Shown here: positions 63,461-64,000 of the stretch, piece after piece | Numbering within the stretch: the first letter of the stretch is position 1 | Layout: each line of letters starts with the position of its first letter | Assembly: GCA_963790305.1 (NCBI GenBank) | Contig: CAWBOC010000001.1 | Span: forward strand, 96,001-160,000 | Source of the DNA: an uncultured Gemmatimonadaceae bacterium | GTDB lineage: Bacteria > Gemmatimonadota > Gemmatimonadetes > Gemmatimonadales > Gemmatimonadaceae | Direction of reading: 5' to 3' | DNA: 64,000 bases | Translations under genes and position numbers: made by a program | Notes under the pieces: model-generated | Told to the model about the DNA's origin: nothing | Databases searched by the model: none | The model's input: the letters and a program-made list of their open reading frames with translations, nothing else

Positions 63461-63993
63461 TACTCGAGCAGCCCCGCCGGTGGATCAATCCGCACCACTC
63501 GGCGCTGGCGGTCGACACCGACGATGATGTCTCCGGAGAAGGGGACGAGAACCGTCCCACGCTCGCGCACCACGTCGAGCAGCAGCCCCTGTGGAACCTC
63601 GAAGACGTCGGTGACGGTTCCCACGACCTCGCCTGACGAGAGCTCGACGGTCATCCCCTTGAGCTCGTGCTGGTAGACCTCCCCTTCCCCGAGTGGAGTC
63701 AGCTCCTCCTCGGGCACGAGGAGAAGGCGGCCGTTCCACAGCTCGGCCGCCGTTCGATCGCCGATCTCCTCAAAGCGGATCAGGAGCCCGTCCTTGAAGG
63801 GGCGTGTCTCGATGACGGTGAGCGTCGGCGCCTCGTCGTCCGTGGGTCCGTCGACCGTACCCCCGAAAACGCGACGGCCGGATGCGTAGACCGCATCCGG
63901 CTCGTCCGTCAACGGCTCGATCAGCACCTCACCGCGCACACCGTGCGGCCGACGAATACGGCCGACGATGACCAGATCTTCGCGCGTGGCCAC
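63460..63993 (-). CDS. rimM: 16S rRNA processing protein
   Basis: VGRIRRPHGVRGEV, EVYQHELKGMTV, LVPF, IDPPAGLLE; directly upstream of trmD. Confidence 0.95.
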   Translation of the reverse strand: MATREDLVIVGRIRRPHGVRGEVLIEPLTDEPDAVYASGRRVFGGTVDGPTDDEAPTLTVIETRPFKDGLLIRFEEIGDRTAAELWNGRLLLVPEEELTPLGEGEVYQHELKGMTVELSSGEVVGTVTDVFEVPQGLLLDVVRERGTVLVPFSGDIIVGVDRQRRVVRIDPPAGLLE

Positions 63994-64000
63994 GCCGCGG

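Overview
High-GC bacterial chromosome segment. Gene content (SusC/SusD pair in a high-GC background, DUF5916 protein, rimM-trmD...rplS-rnhB) suggests Gemmatimonadota; this is inference. Many genes are split by single-base frameshifts, most likely long-read indel errors. Layout: (1) 1-5.4 kb: ABC exporter, two GlsB/YeaQ genes, uvrA, tRNA-Asn. (2) 5.4-10.8 kb: integrase-less islet bounded by a 58-bp direct repeat of the tRNA-Asn 3' half, carrying crcB (behind a 5'-truncated fluoride-riboswitch-like motif), DUF190, a CPA1 antiporter and nhaA. (3) 10.9-18.5 kb: accessory genes. (4) 18.7-28.9 kb: a tightly coupled 10-gene biosynthetic operon: KAS III-like enzyme, thioester-reductase-type SDR, carrier protein, SerRS-like amino acid:carrier-protein ligase, two ferritin-like diiron proteins, BtaA/DUF3419 aminocarboxypropyl transferase, GNAT, radical SAM/SPASM enzyme and MMPL exporter. 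It is followed by a multi-GAF/PAS kinase and a LAL-type AAA-LuxR regulator, and is the best candidate for an undescribed system (probably a modified amino-lipid or lipophilic metabolite pathway). (5) 35.5-64 kb: mostly core genes and tRNA-Lys. At least eight palindromic elements with arms made of 7- or 9-nt tandem repeats are scattered across the window, one of them inside a coding linker.
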